Under the pieces are notes generated by a model. It was given only the letters and a program-made list of their open reading frames with translations. It made no database searches and was not told where the DNA came from. This document shows, one piece after another, positions 24,779-37,605 of a DNA stretch of 64,000 nt. The DNA is taken from contig NC_045138.2 in assembly GCF_008831285.2 (NCBI RefSeq), forward strand, positions 8,990,001-9,054,000, in the 5' to 3' direction. A program made the translations under genes and the position numbers. Every line of letters starts with the position of its first letter. The first letter of the stretch is position 1. Origin of the DNA: Nymphaea colorata. Taxonomy: Eukaryota.

Positions 24779-25404
24779 AAGGTCGTTTGATGGCCACAGG
24801 ACACGCGTGTCCTATTTAATCAATCTTTCTATCAAATGGCGTCCACAGTACAAGACGGACAAGATGGACAACTGAACAGGAATATAAAATACCCCTGTTC
24901 CAAGCTGTTCCGAGCTGACCCTTGGAACAACGTGGAACAAGACACTCGTCTCCCACCCTTTCTCATTCTCTCGTTCTCCTGCCCCTTTCTCCTTCTCTCT
25001 TTTGAGTCTCCTCCTCGCGTTCTCCTCCTCCTTTCTCCTTCTCTCATTCTCCTTCGTCTCTCCCCCTTCTCTCTTCTAAGTCTCCTTCTCGCCCATTGCT
25101 CTAAGCTCCCTTGATCTCTCTGTTGCTCTCTTCCTCCATTCCATCAATCGATGGGGTCTTGCTTCCTCCATTCCATCGACTACGAGTCGTGCAATCACCT
25201 TCGTTGCTACGAGGAGCTCCATCGTTGCGGTGAATAACTTTTCCAAGTGAGATCCCATTTCTCTTGTTTTCTCTCTCGCTCCCTCTCTCTATTTGTCTCT
25301 GATTTGCATAACTAGGGTTTTTGCTCATTTGCATCGATTTGGGGTTCATTTTCCTCTCTTTCTATTGTTGTCTCTCTTCCTTCCTCCCTGTGTCAAGAAC
25401 AGTT

Positions 25405-25455
<51 letters not shown>

Positions 25456-28400
25456 ACACCGTGGGTGGGAGGATTAGGCTTCAGAAAATGGAGCCTATGA
25501 GGTATGATCTTTTACTCTCGTTCTACAAATGCAATTCATCAAATTTCAGTTCTGTTGTACGTTTTTTTGCATGTTTCAATGCATGATGATGGTTTTCGAA
25601 GGAGTCTAAAAGGAAATCTAAACCTGAACCGTCTTCAGAGCCGTGATAGAACCCCTCAAGCATCCCCAAATGAACCAAAACATCCTTTGATTATTAGGAA
25701 TTTGTTCACTAGATATTGGATTTTGTTTGTGAAATGGACTCCGAACAAACCATGAAGCCCAGTGAGCCTTGTAAAGAAGAGACAGCAAAAGGCAACAGAA
25801 CAGAAACATAGCTCAAATATGAAGGGAACACTGAAAGAATTGTGTCTCGCGCAAATGAATTGAACCTCCAAAAAGAATATATACAACATCGTTACAGAGG
25901 AGCAAAGGGAGAAATTAGTTACAAAACTGTTACAAGGATGCGGTGAAGGATATTTCAGCAACCACTTGAAAGAGACGTCTCTACAGATATTTACAACGGA
26001 ATTTAGAAAAGGGAATCATCAATTGTGTAGAATTGATGACTAGTACTTTTGCAACTTCATAATTCATTAGTGTTGTCGATTATTGTTCCTTTTCTTTAGT
26101 AAGGGTAACTGTCTTTAACACCCCATCCTCAAACTGGGCATATGGATCACAGAGGCCAAGTTTGCCTTTCAAGAAGAGAAACTGATCCAAGCTAATGGAT
26201 TTGGTGAACATGTCAGCAACTTGATACTGGGATGACACAAATCTGGTCTCGATCGTTCTGTTCCTCACTAGATCTCTCACTATATGGCAATCTAGTTCCA
26301 CATGCTTGGTTCATTCATGCTTCACTGGATTGGCAGCCATCTGCAACGCTGACTTGCTGTCACTGAAGACCAGGACTGAGTCTAAGTGTTGCACTGTGAG
26401 ATCTGCTAGTATGTACGTCAGCCACAAGATTTCACAGCAAACATTAGCCATGGCACGATACTCTGCTTCGGCGGATGATCGTGACACAATAGGCTATTTT
26501 TTTGATTTCCATGAAATCAAGCTACCACCGAAGAAGACGCAGTAACCTGAAACTGAGCGTCTAGTATCCCTGCAGGCTGCCCAGTCGGCATCACAATATG
26601 CTTTCAACTCATAGTTACAGTTTTGAGAAAACAATAAGCCTTGCCCAGGATTTTTCTTCAGATATCATAACACATTCATGGCTGAGTCCAGATGTGCTGT
26701 AGTTGGTTGCTGCATGTGTCTACTGAAGACATGGACAAAAAACATAATGTTTGGACGAGTTATTGTGAGGTAAATCAGCTTACCAACCAACCAGCGATAA
26801 GTGGTTGCATTCTTCAATGGCTGCCCATCAGTTGCTGACAGGTTGAGTCGATATTCCATTGGGGTTTCCATGGGCTTTGCGCCTAGTAGTCCGGCTTCAT
26901 CTAACAAGTCACATGTATACTTGCGCTGAGTGAGGAGAATGCCCTGTTTTGTACGAGTGAGTTCAAGACCTAAAAAATACTTCAAATCTCCTAGATCCTT
27001 CATCTTGAAGCAATTGCTCAAGTAATCTTTGAAGTTTTGAATACCCTCCAGGTTGTTGCCACAGATGATCAAGTCGTCCACATACGCCAGCACAGCTATC
27101 AACACATTTCCAGATGTGAGTGTGAACAGGGAATAATCAGCTCTGGACTGGTTGAAACCATAGGACACAATTGCATCAGAAAGTTTCACAAACCAACAAC
27201 GGGGTGACTGCTTCAGTCCATAAATGGACTTATTTAATTTGCAGACCATCTTGTTATCACATTCTTCATAGCCAGGTGGGAGTGCCATATAAATCTCTTC
27301 CTCCAGACTTCCATTTAAGAATGCGTTGTAAACATCCATTTGACGGATGAACCAGTTCTTTTTGGCTGCGACCGCAATCAGACATCGGACTGTGACGAGC
27401 TTTGCGACTGGTGCATAGGTTTCTTGATAATCTAGTCCCTCAGTTTGAGCAAATCCCTTAGCCACTAGTCTGGCCTTAAACCTCTCAACTTCGCCACTGG
27501 CTTTATACTTGATGCGGTAAATCCATCTGCAGGGTATAGGCTTCACATTGGGCGGAGGAGCAACAAGCGTCCAGGTTTTGTTTTCTTCCAATGCATCGAT
27601 TTCTAACTGCATTGCCTTCCTCCAGTTTGGATCCTGCTCAGCTTCACTAAATGAAGTAGGCTCAGTGTGTTTTGAGATATTCAACAAGAAGGATTTATGA
27701 GGTTGGGAAAAGGAGTTGAAAGAGAGAGCTTGAGAAAGGGGATACCTGGTGACCTCTTTCCTTCTCAACAGCGACGGGTCTGATGATCCTTGAGTGGCCA
27801 TGTTACAGTAAAAGTCCTTCAACAGTACTGAGGGTTGGCTTTTGCGAGTTGATCTTCTCAAGCGAGGAGGAGGAACCTGTGGCATCGGTTCAGTCGGTGG
27901 GTCAAGTTCAGTAACAGTTGTTTGTTGTATTACAGGGTTTGGCAGATTTGTGGCATCAATTTTTTCACTAACAGTTGGCAAATTGAGTTGGGAAGGTGTG
28001 CGCTCTGCTTCTTCATGAACAGGACTGTCAAGGGGAGTTATTGAAGGAATGTTTTCTGAAACGTTATATTCATCAAACATGAAGGACAACACAAACGGAG
28101 ATGATTCATGACTCAGCAGTTTGAAGGGAAACAACTTTTCATTGAAGATTACATCACGGCTTGTGAATATTCTTTGGTTCTCAAGGCTGTAGATTTTGTA
28201 GGCGTTTTGTCCAAAAGGATACCCCAGAAATATGCACCTTTCAGCTCTGTGGTCAAATTTGTGTTAGGGTTTTAGGTTGGTAGCAAAGCAAAGACAACCG
28301 AAGACGCGTAGGTGAGCAAGAGACGGTTTTTTGCCAAACATCATTTCATATGGAGTTCTATTTTGTAGGCTTGCTAAAGGCGTCCTGTTTATCAGGTAAG

Positions 28401-31212
28401 TGGCAGTGAGGACACATTCATCCCAAAACGTTATTGGCAGTCCAGATTGAATTTTCAGGGCTCTCGCCACATTTAGTATGTGCCGATGCTTTCTCTCTAC
28501 AACCCCGTTTTGCTGAGGAGTGTAGGTGCAGGTGTGTTGATGGTCAATTCCATGCTCCAACAGAAGTTTTTTCATTTCGTCAGAGAAGAACTCTGCACCA
28601 TTGTCGGTTTTCACCTTAATGACATTGTGATGGTATTGTCTTTCAGCTAGAGCAATGAAATTTTTCAAGTGCAGGTAAGTTTCGCTTTTGAACTTCATTA
28701 GGTAGATCCAAACAGACCTGGTGTAGTCGTCGACGATGGATAACAAGTAATGGGCACCTGAGAATGAAGCTTTCGAATAAGGTCCCCAAATGTCGCAGTG
28801 AAGAAGTTCAAGAGGAGCAACAGAATGCACTTTATTGGATTCAAACGAAAGTCTAGACTGTTTAGACAACTTGCAGACATCACAAAAACTGTTTGATTGT
28901 TTGATGTTTATATCATATTCAGAAAACAAGACATTTTTGGTTGGTGAAGGATGTCATAATCTAATATGCCACAGATCTGTCGGGTCATGGTTGCAGTTCA
29001 GGATTGAGGCTGTTGGTTGTGTCGATGAGAACTTGTAGATGTAAAGGCCACCTCGCAGTTCAGCCAGACCAATCGTTGTCTTGAAGGTCGGGTCCTGCAA
29101 GTAGCAACAAGTAGAAGTGAAACAGAGATGGTAATCAGTTTGGTTCAACAACTTACTGACAGAAATAAGGTTGAAGTGAAAATCAGGTATGTAGTAGACA
29201 TTTTTGAGAACTAGATCAGATGACAGAACTACTTGTCCAACGTGCGACGCTTGGACGATTCGATTATCGGGGAGTTTAATAGGAAAAGGAATTGAAAGGC
29301 GTGTAACTTCAGACATGTTGAACAAGGAAGATGACAAGTGGTGACTTGCACCACTGTCGACAATCCATGTGCAAGGAGATAAAGATGACAGACCTGCGAA
29401 CGAGGTAAGTGGTGTTGATCGGTCCTTGAGTATTTGCTTCAGTTGTAAAAACTCTTCAACAGTGAAAGCAAGAGCAAGTTCCTTACCGGAGTCATTTGAT
29501 TGGGTATTGGAAGTTGCAGCGATGAAGGCAGTTTTGCTTTGGTCACCACTGTTTGGCTTTGGCACTTTATCTCCTTTGATCCTCCCTTCTCTAAAGTTTG
29601 GAGGGTATCCATTCAGTTTGAAGCAGCGCTCTCTGGAATGACCTGTAATATTGCAGTGGTTGCAAAAGTATGTTGGCTTCTTACCACTTCGATTTCTGAA
29701 GTTGCGATTGTCATAACTAGCAGAGAGGCTGATGTGATCGTTTGAGGGAGGTTGCATTCTTGCCTCCCTTTGCTTTTCTTCCTGAAGAATCAACGAGTAG
29801 ACTTGCTCATTGGTTCATGGGGAAGATTCTGATAGTGAATTGCATGAGTCATTCCCATAGTTGTTATAGTTGTATAAATTCTGCAAGCACCCCTTCCAGT
29901 AGTTGCTGTGACCCATTGAAAACAGTTATCAAATCGGACCCAGTATGCCTCTTCAATCTTTTGAATAGCCCAACAACTAGTCAAACCTCCATTAGCATAA
30001 CACAAGCATAACAGTTAACACAGAAGTGCGGGAGAACGTCAATAATGCCTCTGTCTGTACTGCCAGTAAGTTACTGCCATCCATTTCTTGCTGCTGTTGA
30101 GCAGTAAAACTGCAGAACCTTGAGGAGTTTTAGTTTATGTATTTCAAGTCATCGTTAGCACATGGAGTGGGGTCCACTCATGGCATCATCCCGAATGGTT
30201 GGCCTTCTATTGGTGGGAGGGAAGTTTGCCTGCAAATCCTCTCATGTTGGAAGAAGGGAGGAAGTGGCAGTCTATGGTTTCAAGCAAAAAGACTGCATTT
30301 TCATCGCTTAAGTGAGAAGCTCAAGAGGAGAATTGGCTGTTGGAGTAGATTCAGTGTGAGCAACTGTTTCATAGGGTTGTCTGTGCTAAAATTGTCTCTG
30401 TTGAGCACGTTGGAGGTGGATGCAAGAATGTCAGTGTATTGTATTCAAATTGCATGAATCTTTTTGTCATATTTCATTCATTGGACTGTTCGCATACTTT
30501 GAATTTAATTGGCAGTTGAAAAAGTTTATACACATTTGAGTCTAACTTCCAAATTTAAATTCGAATCTGATCAGACTACTATAGTTAAGTTCACAACTTA
30601 TCAAATATGAATTGCATTATATATGATTTTATTAACAAGACTTTCATATTATGTATGTACATATTGACGATATTAATGATTATTATTCGTTAGAATATTC
30701 ATTTAAGAAGGAATTTGAATTTGATTATTTCTTAAATTTGGAACATGTCCCATTTCTTAATTGGATTATGATTTTTTTTTTTTTACATCCAAACCTAATT
30801 TGTTTAAGAAGTTTGATTGGTTAATTAGATATCTGATCTGAATCTAGATCCATTGACATATCCCAATTTACATTAGATTGACATAAATAAAACAACAAAG
30901 TATTAGGTATTGGAGACAAATTTATAATTTATCTTTCATAATTATAATTGGATTTGTTTATTATGAGAACAAACGTCAGACATAATTATAATTAGATTTG
31001 TTTATTATGTGAACAAACATTAGATAGGACAGACAGAACAGACAAAATAGACTTATGTAAAACAAACACCAGACAAAAAGAACGTAGTGTTCTGTTCCTA
31101 AAATAATCAAACGGTGGACATAGAACATCATTGTCTATGAGGACAAGACAGTAGTGTAATAGACAAGATGTTGTGTCTGTCATGTCCCAATGGACAACAA
31201 TCAAACGACCTC
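24779..31212. mobile_element. PIF/Harbinger-type non-autonomous TIR element (6.4 kb) with internal cargo
   Basis: 13-bp TIRs aaggtcgtttgat / atcaaacgacctc; TSD TTA at 24776-24778 and 31213-31215; removing it restores the host integrase frame; GACA/GGACA-rich subterminal repeats; no transposase seen. Confidence 0.85.
25770..29830 (-). mobile_element. 5'-truncated Ty1/Copia element (E) with its 3' LTR (~25770-26120) and mildly disrupted pol
   Basis: CNHCNITGHSRERC; WIVDSGASHH; HCDIWGP; KTDNGAEF; AYVDD; RNase H 26130-26600; PPT 26121-26131 next to LTR start tgttaaagac (26120). No 5' LTR or PBS found; the left LTR boundary is inferred from TG..CA only. Confidence 0.88.
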
Positions 31213-31439
31213 TTAATAACCGTGACCCATGAAGACGGTGAAATGAGAAGTCTCCTCTAAAAGTACTTTTGAGAAGAAAAATCAAGATTGATCACATGAA
31301 AATGTTTGGGTGCATGACGTACATGAAGAATCAAGGAGCTAAATTAAGTGACAGAGTAAAAAAATGAATGTTAATGGTATACTCTTCATAAAAAATATCA
31401 TATCATTGTTATGCTATTGAATCAAATCTCCTTTATGTA

Positions 31440-31582
31440 CTACTAAGCGAATCAAATGTATCAAATTATAGACTTGCTCACTTAGCGAATCAAATATATC
31501 AAATTATAGACTCACTCACTTAAAAGCAACACCATAACATCATGTTACATTATAGACTCACTCACTTAAGCGAATCAAACTT
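31440..31582. repeat. Degenerate ~40-bp tandem repeat (agcgaatcaaa...attatagactcactcactta)
   Basis: Three to four copies visible. Confidence 0.6.
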
Positions 31583-32089
31583 TTAAGTCAAGCTTATATG
31601 AGTCGAGGACGAGTTACCCAACTTGTTGAACAGCCCTAGACTGCTTTGGTACTACTAACGCTGCTTTGCGAGTAATTCCCATGTAAGCCAGCATGTGCAC
31701 AGATCCACCCTTTGTTTGGGAAAAGGGAGTAAGATAGTTATGTAGTATGATGAATAAAATATATCTAGGGAAATCAAATGATCTGCCCAAAATATTGTAC
31801 TCACTTTTGACACCACCGTCACTTTTAATGCTTGAAAATTGCAAAATGATAGACATGGAGAAAAAGATTGTCAAAGTCCGAAGTACTACGTTATTTGAGA
31901 TTTTTAAATCGTTCATTTAGATTAGTCAGAAATTGGGAATGGCAGAATGGACCATACAATCCAATCTACTACGGATTTAAGTTATTTTCCAAACTTATAA
32001 ATTTTGGATGTTCTTATCTTATTTGCTAAATTAGATAAAAAAAAAAAAGCTGACTTGAAGGCAAACAATACCATATTAAATGTTGGAAA

Positions 32090-32457
32090 TAAGCTGGGCA
32101 TCGGGCCGACCAGCCCGGCCCGATAAAGAGTCGGGCCCGGGCTGGCCTGGCCCGATAAAGAGTCAGGCCCGGGCTGGCCCAACATCTAATACTCAGGCCA
32201 GGAATGGCACGATTACATTAAAAACATATTTTTAATATAAAATAATACAAAAAATAATTAATTATAATAAAATATTATAAATATGTATACATTAATAAAA
32301 AATTAAAAAATAATTATCGGGTCCAATCTTGGCTTATCGGCCCGGCCCGAGAATGAGTCGGGCCGGCCCGGGTCTCGTTTTTTCGGGCCCGGGCCCAGGC
32401 TCGAGTCGGGTCGAGTACCAGGTACCCAACGGCGGCCCGACCCGATGCCCTGGCTAA
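32090..32457. mobile_element. hAT-like MITE with GC-rich ggcccg subterminal repeats
   Basis: Inverted ends taagctgggcatcggg / cccgatgccctggctaa; near-perfect 8-bp TSD gttggaaa / gttagaaa. Confidence 0.7.
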
Positions 32458-32499
32458 GTTAGAAACCCAAACACAAAAGCTCTCTCTCTCTCTCTCTCT

Positions 32500-32555
<56 letters not shown>

Positions 32556-34464
32556 CACACACGTAAAAGAAGTGAACCATGACTCTAGGATATCTTTGTC
32601 AAATGGACAGCTGATCATAAGATAGAAGGGCTTACCGGTGTCGGGCAATGGCACTAGAGGCAGCCTCCAGGCCCTCCCTCTCTTTCCCAAACTTTTTTTC
32701 CCTCTCATTCGTTAAAGAAAAATGGGTGGAACTCCACCCATGTTCACCGTGGCCACCCGTCGCCTCACCGGCTGCCTGCCGGAGAGAAGCTGGGCAGTGG
32801 TGGTGGCGGCTAAGATGGGTGGAGTTTTCAAATATGGGAGGAAGTTGGGGATCAGGGAGGCGGTCTATGGCACCATTCCCCATCACCGGCGGGACCGCTG
32901 GGCCTCTGTCGGGATGGTAGAGGCCTGGCGGGTCCATCGGCATCAGGGAATAGTGCCGGCGGCCGCCATTGTGGATGAGATGGGAGTGGGTGGGATGGAG
33001 GAGTTGGGAAAGGGAGGGAGGGAGGGGATGATAGGTGGCCAATTTCTGTTTCATGTTCTGAAGGCATCTATTTTTTGTGCTACAAAAAACAAGTTGAAGC
33101 ATATCATGAGCATCATCTCGAGGCACCTAGGGGATAGAGGGAAGAGGTGGAAGCTTTGGCTCTTTTGTTGGGCAATGGGATGAGATTCTCCTCCTCTTGC
33201 TCACCCAACCCAACCCAACCCCTTATTTTTATTTGTTTCAAATATGAGTTCTGTGAACCTCCTAGTCCATGTTGCGCTGACCTTCACTGGCCTTGCCCAT
33301 TTTGAGGGTTCTCCTCTTTTATCTTTCACTTTTCCTCCAGCTGATAAGCCTCTCTCTTCCTCATTTGCCCTCCTCTGTTCTCTTATATCCTGCCAACTTT
33401 GGTCCTACTGCCTCTTATATCAGAGGCTCTTTGGTTTGCTGGGTGACACCTTTGACCAACTTAGCTTCCACGTTGCTAATCCTTGTCTCCTCTACTACCA
33501 CTATTTTGCCTCTTGAACCTTCTTCCTTTGCCTTTAGATTATTTTGGTTAATTGTGTTTTTGAAGCTTATGTCATGCTTCTTATGCACAAGAATGTTCTT
33601 GTTTTTTGGCATTATAACCAAGAAGTGCTACCGTCCAGTCCAAACAATGAAATGCAAATGAGCAAGTAGAGAGGCTAGATAGTTTGAAGAGTGTGTGATG
33701 AATTAAGGTTCCTTCACCAATCTTTCCTCCCTTCCTCTTCATTAGCTCTACCATCATTAGTCCTACCAGCCAATGGCAGAGCCGAAGGGTGGGTGGACCT
33801 GGGTCCAGCCATATGGGCAGCCCTCACTGGACCTAGGTCAATGCCATCGATTACACTCAGCTAGTGCATTAGTCTATGTATAATTTGGACGTGAAGCATG
33901 TTCACCTCCTTCCTCATTGAACTTCTCTTCTAGTGGCAAAGCTATATGTGGGCCTGTGTGGGCAGCTGCTCAAACATGTCGGCGGGTTCTAAATAGAAAA
34001 TGGACTTGGGTCATGTGTCCAATTATATAAGCTGCCCCACGAACACTTTGTGAGTGTTCGTTAAAACTGCTAAGATTTGGGGAGATTCATGAGATTATGG
34101 TAAATTTATGCGATTGAGACAGATTAATGTGACACTCACAAAGTGACCCTGCTTAAAAATGGCCTCTTATTGTGCCCTTAATAAAAAAATTCCCGTTCTG
34201 GATGTCATTACTCTCATCCCCATTGGACTAGAAGTTACATGACTAAGGAAAGGGGAGATGCTAGGAAACTCTTCCTCCCTCCCCTCCATCTAAACAAAAA
34301 GCTAGGTGAGAAGAAAAGGGCAATTGGAGCCTAATCTCTATCATTTCTAATCCTTTTATTGGTATTTCAAGGAACCAAATGAATACCTCGATCCGATACT
34401 TCAGTTGTGAATGTGAACGATGTGATTCATTGTGTATATTTTATTTGTACATATTTGTTTACTC

Positions 34465-34753
34465 AATTGTAAGCTTTTGTTGTGTACTAGTGCCTCTTTA
34501 ACAATTTCTGGCGGCTCCACCATTTGCCACGATTTATTCTTGCACAAAATCCCACCAGAATGGTACAAAGAGGTGCAGGTGGACGCATGGTTGAGAATCA
34601 ACTATACACGACTCCTTTTTCCTAATTGTAAGCTTTTGTTGTGTACTAGTGCCTCTTAACAATTTCTGGCAGCTCCACCATTGCCACGAGTTATTCTTGC
34701 ACAAAATCCCACCAGAATGGTACACAGAGGTGCAGGTGGACGCATGGTTGAGA
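34465..34753. repeat. Tandem duplication, ~159-bp period
   Basis: aattgtaagcttttgttgtgtactagtgcctc...ggacgcatggttgaga occurs near 34465 and at 34624. Confidence 0.85.
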
Positions 34754-34854
34754 GTCGATCAATTTCCACCATTTTAATGTGGCAGACGAAGGCAATGTGA
34801 TGAGTTATCCAACAACCATCAATTCGGTACTGGACCATGTACTGATTTTACCTC

Positions 34855-34888
<34 letters not shown>

Positions 34889-34889
<1 letters not shown>

Positions 34890-35219
34890 AGGTAGAAACT
34901 AGACTATTAGGACAGACACAAAACCAGATCATTTAAATGTAATGTTTAAGGTGTTTTTTTGCAAATATTAAGTTGATAATTTTTTGGACCTCAATGATGT
35001 TTTTATAGTAAGCAAAATGAATGGCTCCCATAGCTTCAACATTTAAATAGAAAAACCCATATTTTCATGAAAACAACTTGAATTGAATTAAAGCACGTTT
35101 TATATCAAAATAGTTCTTATAAATATATTAGGATGTTTATTTTTTATTTAAAATAATTTTTAACAAGAAATTAAAGGGTCTGGTTCTCAAACCAGACCTA
35201 AAAATTTGGTTTCTACCAA
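34889..35219. mobile_element. MITE flanked by (TA)n/(CT)n microsatellites; related copy at ~57922-58290
   Basis: Inverted ends ggtagaaac / gtttctacc; internal ttttatatcaaaatagt...aaataattttt shared with ~58100-58270. Confidence 0.55.
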
Positions 35220-35247
35220 TCTCTCTCTCTCTCTCTCTTATATATAT

Positions 35248-35300
<53 letters not shown>

Positions 35301-35615
35301 AAAGAGAGAGAGAGAGAGAGAGAGAGTTTGAAATTAGCTTGCTACCTCTATGTTTAGATGATTATTTTTTTTATTGTGTCATTAAAACTGTTGCAAAAGG
35401 TGCATTTGCAATGGTCAGTAATTTGAAATGGTTTTTAGTAATATGTTGCACTTTTTGCATACATCATCAATGATCCATTCAACAGCAGAAATAGCCATTG
35501 ATTTAGTTTCCATGAGGATTGACATCTAATGGATGCCATACCCAAGGCTACAACAGCACCATGAACTGCTGTTGTATCATAAATGGTCCCCAATGCTCTT
35601 GTGCGACTTCTTTTA

Positions 35616-37008
35616 GGGTGCGTTTGATGCACATGGAAGAATTTAACGTGGTAAAATTTTTGAAAAAAATTTCTGAAAAAAATTTCAGGATGAAATTTAA
35701 CCCTCTTCCGGTTTGAGGTCATGTTTGATGCACAGAAAGAAATTAACGTGGTAAATTTAACCATGTTTGTTTGATACACAGGAAGAAATTAACGTGGTAA
35801 ATTTAACCATGTTTGTTTGATGCACAGGAAGAAATTAACGTGGTAAATTTAACCATGTTTGTTTGATGCAAAGAAAAAATTTAACCTGATTGAGGGAGCT
35901 TCACTCCAAAATTTGTATAAAATCGTAGAAGTCTCCAAAAATCACCAAATTTGGTCACCAATAAGCCAACATTCTTAGGATTGGACGCCCCAAATTTAAG
36001 GCAAATCCGAGTAGTCTAAGGCCAACTCGTTGAGTCTTAAAGATTCGGTTCACCTGTCGCCTGTTTCCACCATTCTCAGGATTGGACGCCACCGATTTCC
36101 GCCATATTCCGGCCGTTACATCCGGATTCACTATCCATGGTCCGATCATCCTCAAATTTGGTGGATAGGATTGTATGGATGTCATGGATCGAATGGCACC
36201 GGAATCAGTTTGATCCAACGGTCCGATCGCCGGTAAAGTCGCCGGAAACACAGATTGGTCGGCGGAATAGCAGGACAGAATCTGTTACGACTTTCGGAGG
36301 CCGTAACTCGCTCTATACTGGGCCGATCATCCTCAAATTTGGTGGACAGGATCGTATGGATGTCATGGATTGAATGACACCGGAATCAGTTTGATACAAT
36401 GGTCCGATCGCCGGCAAAGTTGCCGGAAACACAGACTGGTCGGCGGAATAGCAGGACAGAAGCTGTTGCGCCTTTCAGAGGCCGTAACTCGCTCTATATT
36501 GGGCCGATCGTCGCGATTTCACCTCCTTTGGAAAGATCTCTTCGAGAGGAATCTATTGATACCAAAAGCCCCAAAAGTTAACCACGATTGAACTGTAGAT
36601 CTTAGCTGAAACGATCTCAGGCTTAGTTAGGCCTGTTCACGGTGAGAAGGCAACGGTGAGAGCTGGTGCGACGGTGAGAGCTGGTGCGACGGTGAGAGCT
36701 GGTGCAATGGTGAGAGCTGGTGCAAGGGTGAAAAGACCAGCTGCGAGGGTGAGAAGGCGAGCTGAGAGGGGTTGGTCTTTCGTGGGTCGGGGGAGGGTGT
36801 CGAGCGGGTGGAATTCCACCCGCTCCTTTTTGAAAAAAACGGGGTGAATTTCACCCCGTTTGATGTAGTTTTCGTCGGGCGACCCGCTCCTTTTTGAAAA
36901 AAACGGGGTGAATTTCACCCCGTTTGATGTAGTTTTCGTCGGGCGAGTGAAATTTCACCCGCCGGTACGAATTTTTCCGAAAAATGAGATTTCAATCGGA
37001 ACATACCC
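35616..37008. mobile_element. Harbinger/Tourist-like non-autonomous element composed of several tandem-repeat arrays
   Basis: TSD TTA at 35613-35615 and 37009-37011; imperfect TIR gggtgcgtttg / cggaacataccc; internal arrays of 46 bp (x3), 181 bp (x2), 18 bp (x5-6) and 64 bp (x2). Confidence 0.7.
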
Positions 37009-37387
37009 TTAGATATAGCCTCAGGCGACATCAGACATCAATTATAAGTTTCTGAAAAAAAAAAAAAGTTACCAAAAGATTCTGGTGTACGTTGAATAGG
37101 TTTCCAGACCGGCCCCATTCGGACCCCTTCCCCAATGTCCATTAATGTTAGAGGTACCTAAAAGCACTTGGAGTTTGGGACATGCATTTGTCAAATTCTT
37201 GTCAAACAATCAGTCATAAAGAAGGTTACAATATAGGGTAGAGGTAAATGCGGAAAGATTTTTTTTTTATTGATTCTCAGGATGGTTTTGAGGGTTAGGT
37301 TGAGGCATATCATTCAATGGTTTTGAGATGGATCGTTGGTTGTGGGCAGCTGCCCACATGTAACCTTGCTATTGAAAATGGACAGCT

Positions 37388-37605
37388 TAAAATGATAACT
37401 ACTGGGCAGCAGAAAACCCTGGAAGAGAGACAGAGACAGAGAAAGTAAGATATTCAACATTAGAAGAGATGGTGCAAATTAAAATGATAACTACTCGGCA
37501 GCAGAAAACGGTGGAACAGAGACAGAGAAAGTAAGATATTTAACATTAGAAGAGATGGTGCAAATTAAAATGCTCGGCTGCAGAAAACGGTGGAACAGAG
37601 ACAGA
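37388..37605. repeat. Tandem repeat of ~85-90 bp, 2.5 copies
   Basis: aaaatgataactac...agaaagtaagatatt...agaagagatggtgcaaatt repeated. Confidence 0.75.

Larger units (their letters stand above)
22775..31440 (+). pseudogene. Decayed Copia gag-pol (element D), split by the Harbinger-type insertion
   Basis: gag LVNRSNFVIWSRSDTLYLSGKLKLEYVIG; knuckle CSHYKKGGHTHERC; integrase PFDLVDFDVWCP/VTFIDDF. WRDVVMIACYI (left of 24779) continues as NNR...KSPLKVL...KMFGC (right of 31215). Confidence 0.8.

Noticed and set aside
32632..33183. ORFs of 150-164 aa on both strands
   Set aside because: Low-complexity GC-rich stretch with no recognisable domain; it contains a palindrome type also seen in the 36.8-kb TIR element, so it is probably repeat-derived.
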